Source of the DNA: an uncultured bacterium
GTDB taxonomy: Bacteria; Actinomycetota; Acidimicrobiia; Spongiisociales; UBA5794
Length of the DNA stretch: 64,000 nucleotides
Reading direction: 5' to 3'
NCBI GenBank assembly: GCA_963801165.1
Contig: CAWDDT010000009.1
Span: 320,001-384,000 of the forward strand
Shown: in pieces, positions 37,581 to 46,995 of the stretch
How the letters are laid out: every line of letters starts with the position of its first letter
How positions within the stretch are numbered: position 1 is the first letter of the stretch
Program-made: the position numbers and the translations under genes
The notes under the pieces: model-generated
What the model was told of the DNA's origin: nothing
Database searches by the model: none
What the model saw: only the letters and a program-made list of their open reading frames with translations

Positions 37581-38956
37581 CGACCTTCAGGGAACGGATT
37601 CAGGGGGCCTTTGCCGAGGGTGTGCCGATCGCCATCGATACCGGCGCCAGGGGTCATTACGAGCACCGCCTCGAGGCGGCCGCAGCGTTTCCGCAGATGG
37701 AGGTGATGCGCGACCGGGCGCGCCGGATCCGCGCCGAGGTGATTGCCGACCTCGACGTTCATCTGCGCCGGTTCGCCGACTCGGTGATCCGCAACGGCGG
37801 CAGTGTGTTCTTCGCTGCCGACGCCGCCGAGGCCAACGAGTACATCGTCAATCTCGCCAGGGAGGAGGGAGTGACCCGAGCGGTGAAAGTCAAGTCGATG
37901 CTCACCGAGGAGATCCGCCTCAACGACGCCCTCGCTGCGGCGGGTGTCGAGGCCGTCGAGACCGACCTCGGCGAGTTCATCGTGCAGCTGGCTGGGGAGC
38001 GACCGTCGCACATAATCGCCCCGGTGCTGCACAAGGATCGGTATCAGATCGGCAAGCTGTTCGCCGAGAAACTCGGTGTCGATTACACCGATGATCCGGG
38101 CACGCTGAACGACATCGCCCGCACCTATCTTCGGAATCGCTTTCTCACGGCCGAGATGGGTATCAGCGGAGCCAACTTTGCGGTTGCCGAGGACGGGGCG
38201 ATTGCCCTGGTGACCAATGAGGGCAACGGCCGGCTATGTACGACGGTTCCCCGCATTCACGTAGCCGTCGTGGGCATGGAGCGGCTGGTCCGCGACCGGG
38301 AGGATCTGGCGGTGATGTTCGAGGTGTTGGCTCGGTCTGCGACCGGCCAGGCCCTGTCGACCTATACCAACATCGTCACCGGACCCCGCCGATCGGGCGA
38401 GCCCGACGGACCCGACCAGTTCCACGTTGTCATTGTTGATAACGGCCGCAGCGCCACGCTGGGTTCAGAGGTCGCCGAGATCCTCTACTGCATCCGCTGT
38501 GGCGCCTGTCTCAACGCCTGCCCCGTCTATCGGCATGTCGGCGGGCACGCCTACGGCTCGGTGTACCCCGGGCCGATCGGCAAGGTGCTCACCCCTTCGC
38601 TGTTCGGTCTCGAGGAGTGGCACGAGCTGCCGGCGACGTCGTCGCTGTGCGGAGCATGCCAGGAGGTGTGCCCGGTGCGCATCGACATCCCCAGCCTTCT
38701 CGTGGAGCTCCGCCGCCGCAGCACCGGGACGGTGCCGGCGGGGGTCCGGCGCGGTCTTGCCGCATACGCCGGGGTCACCACCCGGCCGTGGCTCTTCCGG
38801 CTCGTGACCCGTCTGGCGACGTGGGTCGGGAAGCTGTGGAGCCGCGACGGGTGGATGCGCCGGGTCCCGGTATTGCGAGGGTGGACGGAGGAACGTGACC
38901 TTCCCGCTCCTGCGCCGGAGACATTCCATGACTGGTGGAGGAAACGTGGAGCGTGA
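37577..38956 (+). CDS. lutB: L-lactate utilization protein B (4Fe-4S)
   Basis: KSMLTEE, ETDLGE, PSHIIAP, NEGN, RSATGQ, CIRCGACLNACP, CGACQEVCPVRI. Confidence 0.92.
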   Translation: MTTFRERIQGAFAEGVPIAIDTGARGHYEHRLEAAAAFPQMEVMRDRARRIRAEVIADLDVHLRRFADSVIRNGGSVFFAADAAEANEYIVNLAREEGVTRAVKVKSMLTEEIRLNDALAAAGVEAVETDLGEFIVQLAGERPSHIIAPVLHKDRYQIGKLFAEKLGVDYTDDPGTLNDIARTYLRNRFLTAEMGISGANFAVAEDGAIALVTNEGNGRLCTTVPRIHVAVVGMERLVRDREDLAVMFEVLARSATGQALSTYTNIVTGPRRSGEPDGPDQFHVVIVDNGRSATLGSEVAEILYCIRCGACLNACPVYRHVGGHAYGSVYPGPIGKVLTPSLFGLEEWHELPATSSLCGACQEVCPVRIDIPSLLVELRRRSTGTVPAGVRRGLAAYAGVTTRPWLFRLVTRLATWVGKLWSRDGWMRRVPVLRGWTEERDLPAPAPETFHDWWRKRGA

Positions 38957-39590
38957 GCGGTTCCTCGGCCGGGTGCATGCCGCATTGCGGGGTGCGGTCT
39001 TGCCCGACGGCGAAGGTCCGTCGGCCGCACCGGAGATCCGCTTCGACAATCCGGTGGCCCGGTTTGTCGAGCAGGCGGAGGCCGTAGCTACCGTGGTGAC
39101 CCGGGCGGAGAGTTCGGAGCAGGTGCCCGACGTCATCGGCGCGGTCATCGGTGACGAGCGCAAATACGTGGGTTGGGATGACCTCGAGACGTTTGTCCCC
39201 GGTTGGGACGCGACCGCGACCGAGCGCGGCTGGGAACGGGTAGACGCGTCGGTCGGAGCTGGCTCACGAATGGCCGATCACGAGCGAGTTGGTGTCGTGA
39301 AGATCGGGATAACCGGCGCCGACGCCGCGATCGCGGCGACCGGTACGGTGGTGCTGGCCCACGGCCAGGGTCGTCCTCGGGCCGCATCGCTCCTGGTAGA
39401 GACACACGTGGTCCTAGTCCCGGTCGATCGGGTCGTCCACTCGCTGAGTGATGCGTTTATCGCCGTCAGCGGTGCCAACACTACGAACGTGGTCGCCATA
39501 ACGGGCCCGAGCCGAACCGGCGATATCGAATCGATCCTGACGCTCGGTGTCCATGGTCCTCGGCACCTCCACATCGTGCTGATCGGCTGA
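38946..39590 (+). CDS. lutC: L-lactate utilization protein C (LUD domain)
   Basis: AIAATGTV, RAASLL, ITGPSRTGDIE..LTLGVHGP. Confidence 0.9.
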   Translation: MERERFLGRVHAALRGAVLPDGEGPSAAPEIRFDNPVARFVEQAEAVATVVTRAESSEQVPDVIGAVIGDERKYVGWDDLETFVPGWDATATERGWERVDASVGAGSRMADHERVGVVKIGITGADAAIAATGTVVLAHGQGRPRAASLLVETHVVLVPVDRVVHSLSDAFIAVSGANTTNVVAITGPSRTGDIESILTLGVHGPRHLHIVLIG

Positions 39591-39595
39591 GGGAA

Positions 39596-40087
39596 TTACT
39601 CGCTCATCGCTGTTGTGATGAGGACGCCATCGGTGAGCTGGCCGAAGACCGTCTGCTGAGTATCCGTCCAGCTGACGTCGCCTTCGGTGGTCAGCGAGTC
39701 GGGATCGATCGCATCGAGGCCGTCGAGCGGGACCGAGTCACCGCCGCATTGAGGCGGATACGCCTCGGCGAGCGCGTCGCAGAGGCGTACCTCATCGCCG
39801 GTGGAGACGACGAAGCCTGTGACGGCGAGCACACCGGCAGCGTCGGTGCCAAGCGTCTCGGCGACGGTCAGCCGACCATTGACAGCCATGCCGTTGCCGG
39901 CTGACGTGTCTGCGCCGCCCGGCAGCTCTTGCGGTTTGTCGAACCCCGCGGTGTCGTTGCAGTCGGGCTCGCCTGCCAAGCAGGTCGATTCGAGTGGCTG
40001 ACTGCCACTGGCGGAGCCGTCGCCGCTCCCGCCACACGCCGCTAAAACTAACGCGATGGCACCGACCAAAACCATGAACCGTTTCAT
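39596..40087 (-). CDS. Hypothetical lipoprotein
   Basis: MKRF..LVLAA|C lipobox; CLAGEPDC; LC...EAYPPQCGG. Confidence 0.75.
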   Translation of the reverse strand: MKRFMVLVGAIALVLAACGGSGDGSASGSQPLESTCLAGEPDCNDTAGFDKPQELPGGADTSAGNGMAVNGRLTVAETLGTDAAGVLAVTGFVVSTGDEVRLCDALAEAYPPQCGGDSVPLDGLDAIDPDSLTTEGDVSWTDTQQTVFGQLTDGVLITTAMSE

Positions 40088-40120
40088 GAGTCCTCTACTT
40101 TCGATCTACTTGTCTGGTGA

Positions 40121-40148
40121 GACGCAAGAGCACGTTCGGTTGGTTCCC
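40121..40148 (-). promoter_or_regulatory. ECF-sigma-type promoter GGGAACC-N16-GCGTC
   Basis: Upstream of lipoprotein 39596-40087; same motif and spacing at 57639 and 62674. Confidence 0.65.
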
Positions 40149-40432
40149 GGCGCTCGTGTTCACAAATCTCGGGTGCGAATCGCGAATCGACAAACTAAGG
40201 TCATTCTTTGACAGCGGATGCGTCCGCTTCGCATGACACTTGTGTCCGGCAGCGCCGTGGAGCTCGAAGATTTGCTCCGGGTGGGCGTCGTAGATCAGTG
40301 AATCGTGCGTGTTAGGCGACCCCGGTCGCCAGGGCGTTTAGATGGGAAATCCCAATTCGCAGCTCCGTGAGTCGGAGGCACATCGTGCTCTCGACGGAAC
40401 ATCAGCTGAATAGGACAAGGGAAAGGGACAAT

Positions 40433-41455
40433 ATGATCGGGTTCAAGACCTGGCGACGGCTTGCGTTCGTCGTCATGGCGTTTGCGCTAATCATCGCAGC
40501 GTGCGGTGGAGACGATACGACGACAACCACCACCACGGCGGGCGATTCGGGCGGTACTACGACCAGCGCCGCGGCGTCTGGTGACAGCAGCAGCATGATG
40601 ATCGCCGACAACGTCGATTTGTCCGGCGTATCGGTGACGGTGGGCTCGAAGGACTTCACCGAGCAGCTCGTTCTCGGCGAGCTCATGGTTGAGGCTTTCA
40701 AGGCGGCCGGCGCCGACGTCACCGACAAGACCAACACCGGTGGCACTGCGGTTGCTCGGGAAGCCCTGCTCAATGGGGACATCGATGTGTACATGGAGTA
40801 CAACGGCACCGGGTGGACGCTTCACCTCGGTCAGGAGAACCCGAGCACCGACCCGAGCACACTCACCTCGGATGTGCGGGCCATGGACATGCAGGAGAAC
40901 AACATCCACTGGCTGGGCCAGTCACCGTTCAACGACACCTACGGGTTCGCTACCGGACCTGATATGACCGGTGCGAATGGTGGACCCTTCGATATGCAGG
41001 GAATGGCGGACTATCTCGCAGCGAATCCCGATGCCACGGTGTGCATGGAGTCCGAGTTCCCCAGCCGTCCCGATGGCCTCATCCTCTTCGAGGATGCCAC
41101 GGGCTACACGGTGCCCGACTCCCAGACCAACATCCTCGACACAAACGTCATCTACAACGAGACGGCAAACGGCAACTGCGACTTTGGTGAGATCTTCACC
41201 ACCGACGGCAGGATCCCGTTCCTCGAGCTGTCCATCGTTCAGGATCCCGGCATCATGATTCTCTACAACGTCTCGCTCACTATGCGCGACGAGACCTATC
41301 AGCAGGCGCCGGACCAGTGGGACAAGATGGCCGACATGCTGCTCGAGGGCCTCGACAACGCCACCATGGCAGAGCTGAACAAGCGTGTCTCTGTCGACGG
41401 GGAAGATCCCGGAGCCGTGGCCCGCGACTACCTCACGTCAGCCGGACTCATGTGA
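40433..41455 (+). CDS. Osmoprotectant (glycine betaine/choline) ABC substrate-binding lipoprotein
   Basis: IIAA|C lipobox, Thr/Ser linker, VGSKDFTEQ, YMEYNGT, FNDTY, FTTDG, MAELN..V..DG. Confidence 0.88.
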   Translation: MIGFKTWRRLAFVVMAFALIIAACGGDDTTTTTTTAGDSGGTTTSAAASGDSSSMMIADNVDLSGVSVTVGSKDFTEQLVLGELMVEAFKAAGADVTDKTNTGGTAVAREALLNGDIDVYMEYNGTGWTLHLGQENPSTDPSTLTSDVRAMDMQENNIHWLGQSPFNDTYGFATGPDMTGANGGPFDMQGMADYLAANPDATVCMESEFPSRPDGLILFEDATGYTVPDSQTNILDTNVIYNETANGNCDFGEIFTTDGRIPFLELSIVQDPGIMILYNVSLTMRDETYQQAPDQWDKMADMLLEGLDNATMAELNKRVSVDGEDPGAVARDYLTSAGLM

Positions 41456-41473
41456 GATCGACAAATTGCTGGA

Positions 41474-41498
41474 GGACCGGGGCGATCCGCCCCGGTCC
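41474..41498 (+). terminator. Intercistronic hairpin after the binding-protein gene
   Basis: GGACCGGGGCG-atc-CGCCCCGGTCC (11-bp stem), no U tract. Confidence 0.5.
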
Positions 41499-41527
41499 CC
41501 GGCAAGTGCGAAAGGAGCGGATCGATA

Positions 41528-42184
41528 GTGGACTCCTTGACCAGCTGGTTCCGGTACATGGGACACCGGCCGGGTGAGATCGTCCGGCTGACGTTACAGC
41601 ACGGCTGGTACGTACTCTCGGCTGCGATTGCTGCGGTGATAGTCGCGGTGGGTGTGGGCATCCTGGTTCGCCACCGTCCCATCGTGAGGGAGATCGCACT
41701 CGGCGTCACTGCCGTGTTCCTGACGATTCCGTCACTTGCCCTCTTCGTCATATTCCTCCCGCTGTTGCACCTGGGCTTCTGGCCGACGTTCGTCGCCTTG
41801 TTCATGTACGCGCTGCTGCCGATCCTGCGCAACACGGTGACCGGGCTCAACGAGGTGAGCCCCGCCGTGCTCGAGTCGGCGAAGGGAATGGGGTTGAGCT
41901 CACGGCAGCGACTGTGGCAAGTCGAGGTCCCACTGGCCTGGCCAGTGATCGTCGCCGGTATCCGGGTGTCGGTGCTGATGACCACGGGTATCGCCGCCAT
42001 TGCGGTTCTCGTTGGCGGCGGTGGGCTGGGGCACTACATCCAGGACTCGTTCAACCGTTACCCGCTGCCGAACTCGGTCGAGGCAGGGTGGACCGGGGTG
42101 GTCTTTACCATCGTGCTGGCCCTCGTCTTCGATGCGGCCATCAATGTCATCCGCAAACTCACAACCCCCGCAGGCATCAGATGA
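41528..42184 (+). CDS. Osmoprotectant ABC permease
   Basis: TIPSLAL, YALLPILRNT, ESAKGMG, GGGGLG. Confidence 0.9.
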   Translation: MDSLTSWFRYMGHRPGEIVRLTLQHGWYVLSAAIAAVIVAVGVGILVRHRPIVREIALGVTAVFLTIPSLALFVIFLPLLHLGFWPTFVALFMYALLPILRNTVTGLNEVSPAVLESAKGMGLSSRQRLWQVEVPLAWPVIVAGIRVSVLMTTGIAAIAVLVGGGGLGHYIQDSFNRYPLPNSVEAGWTGVVFTIVLALVFDAAINVIRKLTTPAGIR

Positions 42185-42203
42185 CTAGCAAGGAGTCCCT
42201 GAC

Positions 42204-43385
42204 GTGACAACTCGACCACGAGAAGCCCTCATCCATCTCGATGAGGTCACCAAGATCTATCCGGGGACCGAAACGCCTGCGGTCGACTCGCTTACGATGG
42301 ACATGCCCGTCGGCGAGATTCTCGTACTGGTGGGACCGTCCGGTTGTGGCAAGAGCACCACTTTGCGGCTGATCAACCGCATGATCGAGCCGTCGTCCGG
42401 CCGGATCATCTTTGAAGGCGAGGATGTCACCAGTGTCAACCCCGACCTTCTGCGTCGTCGGATCGGCTACGTCATCCAGCAGATCGGGCTGTTCCCGCAC
42501 CGAACCATCGCCGAGAACATCGCCACCGTTCCCTCCCTCCTCGGCTGGGAGAAGAGCCGCATCCCGGCACGGGTGGACGAGTTGCTCGCAATGGTGGGGA
42601 TGGACCCGGCTATCTATCGGAACCGCTATCCCAAGGAGCTGTCGGGTGGTCAGGCGCAGCGGGTCGGAGTGGCCCGCGCCCTCGGAGCCGATCCGGATGT
42701 ACTGCTCATGGACGAGCCCTTTGGGGCCATCGACCCCATTACCAGGGATCGGCTGCAGAACGAGTTCCTGCGTCTCCAAGCGGAGCTCAAGAAGACCATC
42801 GTGTTTGTGACCCACGACATCGACGAGGCCATCAAGATGGGAGACCGTATCGCCATCTTGAAGGAGCAGTCCGTGATCGCCCAACTCGACACGCCGGAGC
42901 GTATTCTGGCGCAGCCCGCCAGCGAGTTCGTCGAGAACTTCCTCGGTGGTGGGGCGACACTGAAGGGTCTCAACTTGAGACGGGTCCGGGAGATCAAGCT
43001 GTACGACTACCCCGTCATTCGCGAGAAAGTGAGTAGGGAACAGGCGCTCCAGCAGCTTCAGGCCTCGGACGACGACTATCTGCTGATGCTCGATGGGGAA
43101 GGCCGCCCGGTGCGGTGGGTCGACGAGGAAAACCTCCACGATCCCTCCGTTCCGCTGCAGGAGGCGGGCCTCACGGTGACCGTGAAGGTTGAGCCCGAGG
43201 ACACCCTGGCCGACGCGCTCGAGTACATGCTGAAGTCGGCCCACGGAAGCGCATGTGTTGTCGACGAGAGCGGCCGCTTCACCGGGGCGATCCATCTCAA
43301 GACGATTATGCGCGAGATCGACTTGATGCAGGAGGCGGCTCGCCGTCACGCCGCTGAGCTGCGTGTCCAGGAGGGCTCAGAGTGA
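42204..43385 (+). CDS. Osmoprotectant ABC ATPase with C-terminal CBS pair
   Basis: GPSGCGKST, GYVIQQIGLFPH, LSGGQ, MDEPFGAIDP, FVTHD. Confidence 0.92.
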   Translation: MTTRPREALIHLDEVTKIYPGTETPAVDSLTMDMPVGEILVLVGPSGCGKSTTLRLINRMIEPSSGRIIFEGEDVTSVNPDLLRRRIGYVIQQIGLFPHRTIAENIATVPSLLGWEKSRIPARVDELLAMVGMDPAIYRNRYPKELSGGQAQRVGVARALGADPDVLLMDEPFGAIDPITRDRLQNEFLRLQAELKKTIVFVTHDIDEAIKMGDRIAILKEQSVIAQLDTPERILAQPASEFVENFLGGGATLKGLNLRRVREIKLYDYPVIREKVSREQALQQLQASDDDYLLMLDGEGRPVRWVDEENLHDPSVPLQEAGLTVTVKVEPEDTLADALEYMLKSAHGSACVVDESGRFTGAIHLKTIMREIDLMQEAARRHAAELRVQEGSE

Positions 43386-44182
43386 CCACGGCAACCGACA
43401 CAACGGCTGCGACCGGCGGGGGGTGGTTTCTGAGCCGGGTTCGAGCCGGATCCGGCGCTGTCGGCGAGTGGATCGGCCTCATTATCACTCCGGTGATGGC
43501 CCTGGTCCTCGCTGTGACGATGCTGCTCGTCTGGACCAATGGCACCATCGACCCCACCACCCACCGCATCATGCAGAGTGCCAAGGTGTGGAAGCAGATC
43601 AGGGGCCATCTCTACTTGACTGCCTGGTCGACGGTTCTGGTCATATTGATCGCGGTCCCCTTGGGCATCTTTCTCACCCGTCCCAGGTACAAGCGCTTCT
43701 CCGGGCCGGTGCTGACCTTTGCCAGTTCGGGGCAGGCGATCCCCGCCTACGGTCTCCTCGCACTGTTCTACATGTGGCTCGGCACCGGGCAGTTGCCCGC
43801 CATCAGCGCCCTCGTGCTCTACGCCATCCTGCCGGTGCTCCGCAACACCATCGTCGGGTTGGAGCAGGTGGATCAGGCGGTCATCGAAGCGGGCCGCGGC
43901 ATGGGAATGTCGAAGGCGCAAGCGTTACGCCGGATTGAGCTTCCTCTCTCGGTGCCGGTGATCCTGGCGGGGGTCAGGACCGCGTTGGTAATCAACGTGG
44001 GGATGGCAGCCCTCGCCGTCTTCATCGGCGGCGGTGGTCTCGGGGAGACCATCCTCAGCGGATTGAAGCTGCAGCGCGACATCGCAACCTTCGAGGGTGC
44101 CGCAATCGTGGCGATGCTGGCGTTGGCAATCGACTGGGTCGCGGCAGTAGCCGAGCGATTCCTGCGCCCCAAAGGTACGTAG
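43382..44182 (+). CDS. Osmoprotectant ABC permease
   Basis: QAIPAYG, YAILPVLRNT, EAGRGMG, GGGGLG. Confidence 0.9.
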   Translation: MTTATDTTAATGGGWFLSRVRAGSGAVGEWIGLIITPVMALVLAVTMLLVWTNGTIDPTTHRIMQSAKVWKQIRGHLYLTAWSTVLVILIAVPLGIFLTRPRYKRFSGPVLTFASSGQAIPAYGLLALFYMWLGTGQLPAISALVLYAILPVLRNTIVGLEQVDQAVIEAGRGMGMSKAQALRRIELPLSVPVILAGVRTALVINVGMAALAVFIGGGGLGETILSGLKLQRDIATFEGAAIVAMLALAIDWVAAVAERFLRPKGT

Positions 44183-44204
44183 ATTCCTCCCGCCGCAAAG
44201 GTAT

Positions 44205-44390
44205 GTGATCGTGACTACCGAAGCCAAAGACGACTCGCCGATCAAGATCTGTGCGTTCGAGCCATGCACCTGTCCGGTCGATGAGAAGGTCAATCACTGC
44301 GGCCCCACCTGCCGTCTCGGTATCGGAGAGCGGGCCGAGCCCTGCAAGTGCGGTCATGCCGGCTGCAAGGTGTCGATAGGTGAGGGCTGA
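44205..44390 (+). CDS. Bacterial metallothionein-like small protein
   Basis: 59-61 aa, 8 Cys and 2 His: CAFEPCTC...HCGPTC...CKCGHAGC, similar in spacing to SmtA/BmtA. Start at 44205 or 44211. Confidence 0.7.
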   Translation: MIVTTEAKDDSPIKICAFEPCTCPVDEKVNHCGPTCRLGIGERAEPCKCGHAGCKVSIGEG

Positions 44391-44396
44391 GGTTGC

Positions 44397-46412
44397 TCAG
44401 TCGTCGGTCTCGCCGGACTGAGGTGCTGGCGGCTCGTCACCGGTTCTGGACAGCCTAATTATCAGCCGGTCCCGCGCCTCGCCACTGCCGAAGGCCGTTA
44501 TCGCGTCGCCCGCCTGGAGGCGGGTGTGTCCGCTGGCGACCAGCAGCGAGGTGCCCCGGTGGACGGAAACCACCAGACATCCCTCAGGCCACGGGATCTC
44601 GCTGACAGCTCGCCCGTCTGCGATCGATCCGGGTGGGATCTGAAGCTCGAAGAACTCGGCGCCCGTCTGGGTGCGCGCCTTGAGCCGCTCCGGGAGGTTC
44701 CCGGCCCGTGTATGGGCGCTGAGCGCCTGGTGATACGCGGCGATGACACTCTCCCGCATGAAGATGCCGACCAGGTGGCTCCGCTCCCGGTCGTCGACGA
44801 TCGGCAGCCGGCCGACACCAAGTGCTGCCATCCGTTCCAGCGCCTCCGAAACCGGGGTGTCGCGATTGACCGTCACCGGGTTTGGGGTCATCGCTTCCCT
44901 GGCGGCGACCTGGTCTGACGGCCCGCCCGCTCTGGCAATGTCGGACTCGGAGATAACCCCCACGAGCTTGCCGTCGGCGATGACCGGTGCTCCGTGCAGC
45001 CGGTGGCGTTGCATCACACCCTGCACCTGCCCCAGGGAGTCGTCCGGCGACACTGTCACCGGTTGCGGGCTTGCGACGTCGCCGACCCGCACGGTATCGA
45101 GCAGATCGGTCACCCCGGCCCGGGCCGGGTGGATCCCCATCCGGGTCAGTGGGGCGGTGTAGGCACTCTCCGGCCGGACCCGCCCTGCCAGGATCGTGCT
45201 GATTGCCGTTGCCACCATGAGCGGCAGCACGAGGCCGTAGTCGCCGGTCACCTCGAAAACGATCAGGATCGAGGTCATGGGCGCACGTGCCACCGCAGAG
45301 AACGTTGCCGCCATCCCGACCAGGGCGAACGCACCGGGCTGGACGAGGCCCAGTTTCCATAGTGGCGCGACGAGCAGGGCAAACGCGGAGCCGGTGGTGG
45401 CGCCGATGAACAGGCTGGGCATGAAGATGCCCCCCGCCCCCCTGCCACCGAGGGTGGCTGCGGTGGCGATTGCTTTCATCACTCCCATGATCGCCAGGGT
45501 CCACCAGGCGAGATTTGTCTCGTTGCGGAGGACCTGGCCGACGAATGTCTGGCCGGTGCCGAGTATCTCTTTGTGCAAGAGGCCGAGGCTCGCCACGAGC
45601 AGACCTGCCATGAGGGGCCGGGTCCATGCAGGCAGACGGTCCGGGGTCGAGGTGAACCAATCGAGAGCCACCAGGTAGAGCCACGCCGTCGCCACCGTTA
45701 CCAGGCCGAGGAGCCCGTAGAGCAGAAGCAGCCTGGGATCGTCGAGGGCATAGCCGCGCACGCTGAAGGTCAGATTTTCGCCGAGGACACTGTGGGCCAC
45801 GACGGCGCCGGCGACCGACGCGATGATGATGGTGTGGACGTGGCGGAGCGAGAAGTCGCGCAGGATCACCTCGAGAGCAAAGAACATGCCGGCTATGGGA
45901 GCGTTGAAAGTGGCGCTGATCCCGGCGCCCGCACCAGCGGCGACCAGGACGATCGTGTCGTTTTCCCCGAGACGGGCGACCCGAGCCAGCCACGAGCCGA
46001 TCGAGGACCCGATCTGGGCAATCGAGCCCTCGCGCCCGGCTGAGCCGCCCGAGCCGATGGTGAGTGCCGTGGCAACAGTCTTGAGCGCCATCACTCTCGT
46101 TCTGATGTAGCCGCCTCGCACGGTTATCGCCGCCACGATCTGTGGAACGCCGTGCCCCGCTACCTCGGGGCCCAGCCACGTGATCAACCGCCAGGCGAGC
46201 CAGATGCCAAATGGCAATACGAGCAGGAGGCCTACCTCGCCGCTCGAGATGTGACCGACGAGCCAGTCCGCCACCCAGGCCACCCATTCGATCGCCTGGA
46301 TGAGGACGATCGCGCCGGCGCCGGCGCCCACGCCAACGGCAGCGGTGAGGACTATGAGCCGTGGGGTTTTGCCGATCCGGAGGGAGGACAGCGGTCGCGC
46401 CAGCAGGGACAT
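44397..46412 (-). CDS. ClC-family anion channel/transporter with CBS pair and TrkA-C (RCK_C) domain
   Basis: GHGVP, GSAGREG, FNAPIAG, GIFMP, APMTSILIVFEVT, CBS (AMTPNP), RCK_C (IPPGS..DG..VSE). Confidence 0.9.
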   Translation of the reverse strand: MSLLARPLSSLRIGKTPRLIVLTAAVGVGAGAGAIVLIQAIEWVAWVADWLVGHISSGEVGLLLVLPFGIWLAWRLITWLGPEVAGHGVPQIVAAITVRGGYIRTRVMALKTVATALTIGSGGSAGREGSIAQIGSSIGSWLARVARLGENDTIVLVAAGAGAGISATFNAPIAGMFFALEVILRDFSLRHVHTIIIASVAGAVVAHSVLGENLTFSVRGYALDDPRLLLLYGLLGLVTVATAWLYLVALDWFTSTPDRLPAWTRPLMAGLLVASLGLLHKEILGTGQTFVGQVLRNETNLAWWTLAIMGVMKAIATAATLGGRGAGGIFMPSLFIGATTGSAFALLVAPLWKLGLVQPGAFALVGMAATFSAVARAPMTSILIVFEVTGDYGLVLPLMVATAISTILAGRVRPESAYTAPLTRMGIHPARAGVTDLLDTVRVGDVASPQPVTVSPDDSLGQVQGVMQRHRLHGAPVIADGKLVGVISESDIARAGGPSDQVAAREAMTPNPVTVNRDTPVSEALERMAALGVGRLPIVDDRERSHLVGIFMRESVIAAYHQALSAHTRAGNLPERLKARTQTGAEFFELQIPPGSIADGRAVSEIPWPEGCLVVSVHRGTSLLVASGHTRLQAGDAITAFGSGEARDRLIIRLSRTGDEPPAPQSGETDD

Positions 46413-46460
46413 ATGCCCTGATAGTAGATCCCGGAAGTTGTCCGGACAGTGACTTGTGTG

Positions 46461-46910
46461 TCAGTCGGGGCGCACGGGCGCGTCGAGACCCCATCCTTCG
46501 GCCAGATTGGCGGCGAGTCGGCGCAATACCGTGCCGAAGACCGCCAGATCCTCCTCCGTGTTGCCGGCCAGCAGCCGACGCTCGTAGTCGAGCGCCACAG
46601 TGTGCAGCGCCTCGAACCGCTTCTCGCCGGTGGTCGTGAGGCGCACCCCAACTGCCCGCCGGTCGGTGGTAGAGCGCGTCCGCGTCACCAAACCCTCGTG
46701 CTCCAGACGATCGAGGTGGTGGGTAAGGGTTGCGCCCTTGATACCGATCATCCGGGCCAGCTCGCTCTGGGTCTGTGCACCCCGGTACTTGATCGCAACC
46801 AGGACGAGCCACGCCGGAAGGCTGCCACCCGCTTCAGCAAGTGACGCGTTGAAGGCCTGCTGCGCCATATGTGCCACGTAATGAAGTTGTCGTCCCAGCG
46901 GCGGTTCCAC
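46461..46910 (-). CDS. MarR-family regulator
   Basis: QSELAR..GI..ATLTHHLDRLE..GLVTR....DRR....LT..G. Confidence 0.9.
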   Translation of the reverse strand: MEPPLGRQLHYVAHMAQQAFNASLAEAGGSLPAWLVLVAIKYRGAQTQSELARMIGIKGATLTHHLDRLEHEGLVTRTRSTTDRRAVGVRLTTTGEKRFEALHTVALDYERRLLAGNTEEDLAVFGTVLRRLAANLAEGWGLDAPVRPD

Positions 46911-46917
46911 ACACTCA

Positions 46918-46966
46918 CATTAGATAGGTTTCATATCGTTTGACATCAAACCATTAGATACCTAAG
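46918..46966. promoter_or_regulatory. Putative MarR operator array between divergent genes
   Basis: Palindrome GTTTGA-ca-TCAAAC (46938-46951) flanked by direct repeats CATTAGATA (46918, 46952); TTAG-atac-CTAA. Confidence 0.6.
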
Positions 46967-46995
46967 GTTACCGGAGTACTACTTCGGGAGAGACG

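Noticed and set aside
40516-40540. Poly-Thr codon run as a contingency repeat
   Set aside because: Mixed codons, in frame; an ordinary lipoprotein linker.
44584-46812. 742-aa minus-strand ORF, and similar long Arg/Pro-rich ORFs (30089-31819, 42177-43349, 15816-17033)
   Set aside because: Alternate-frame or antisense shadows of well-supported genes.
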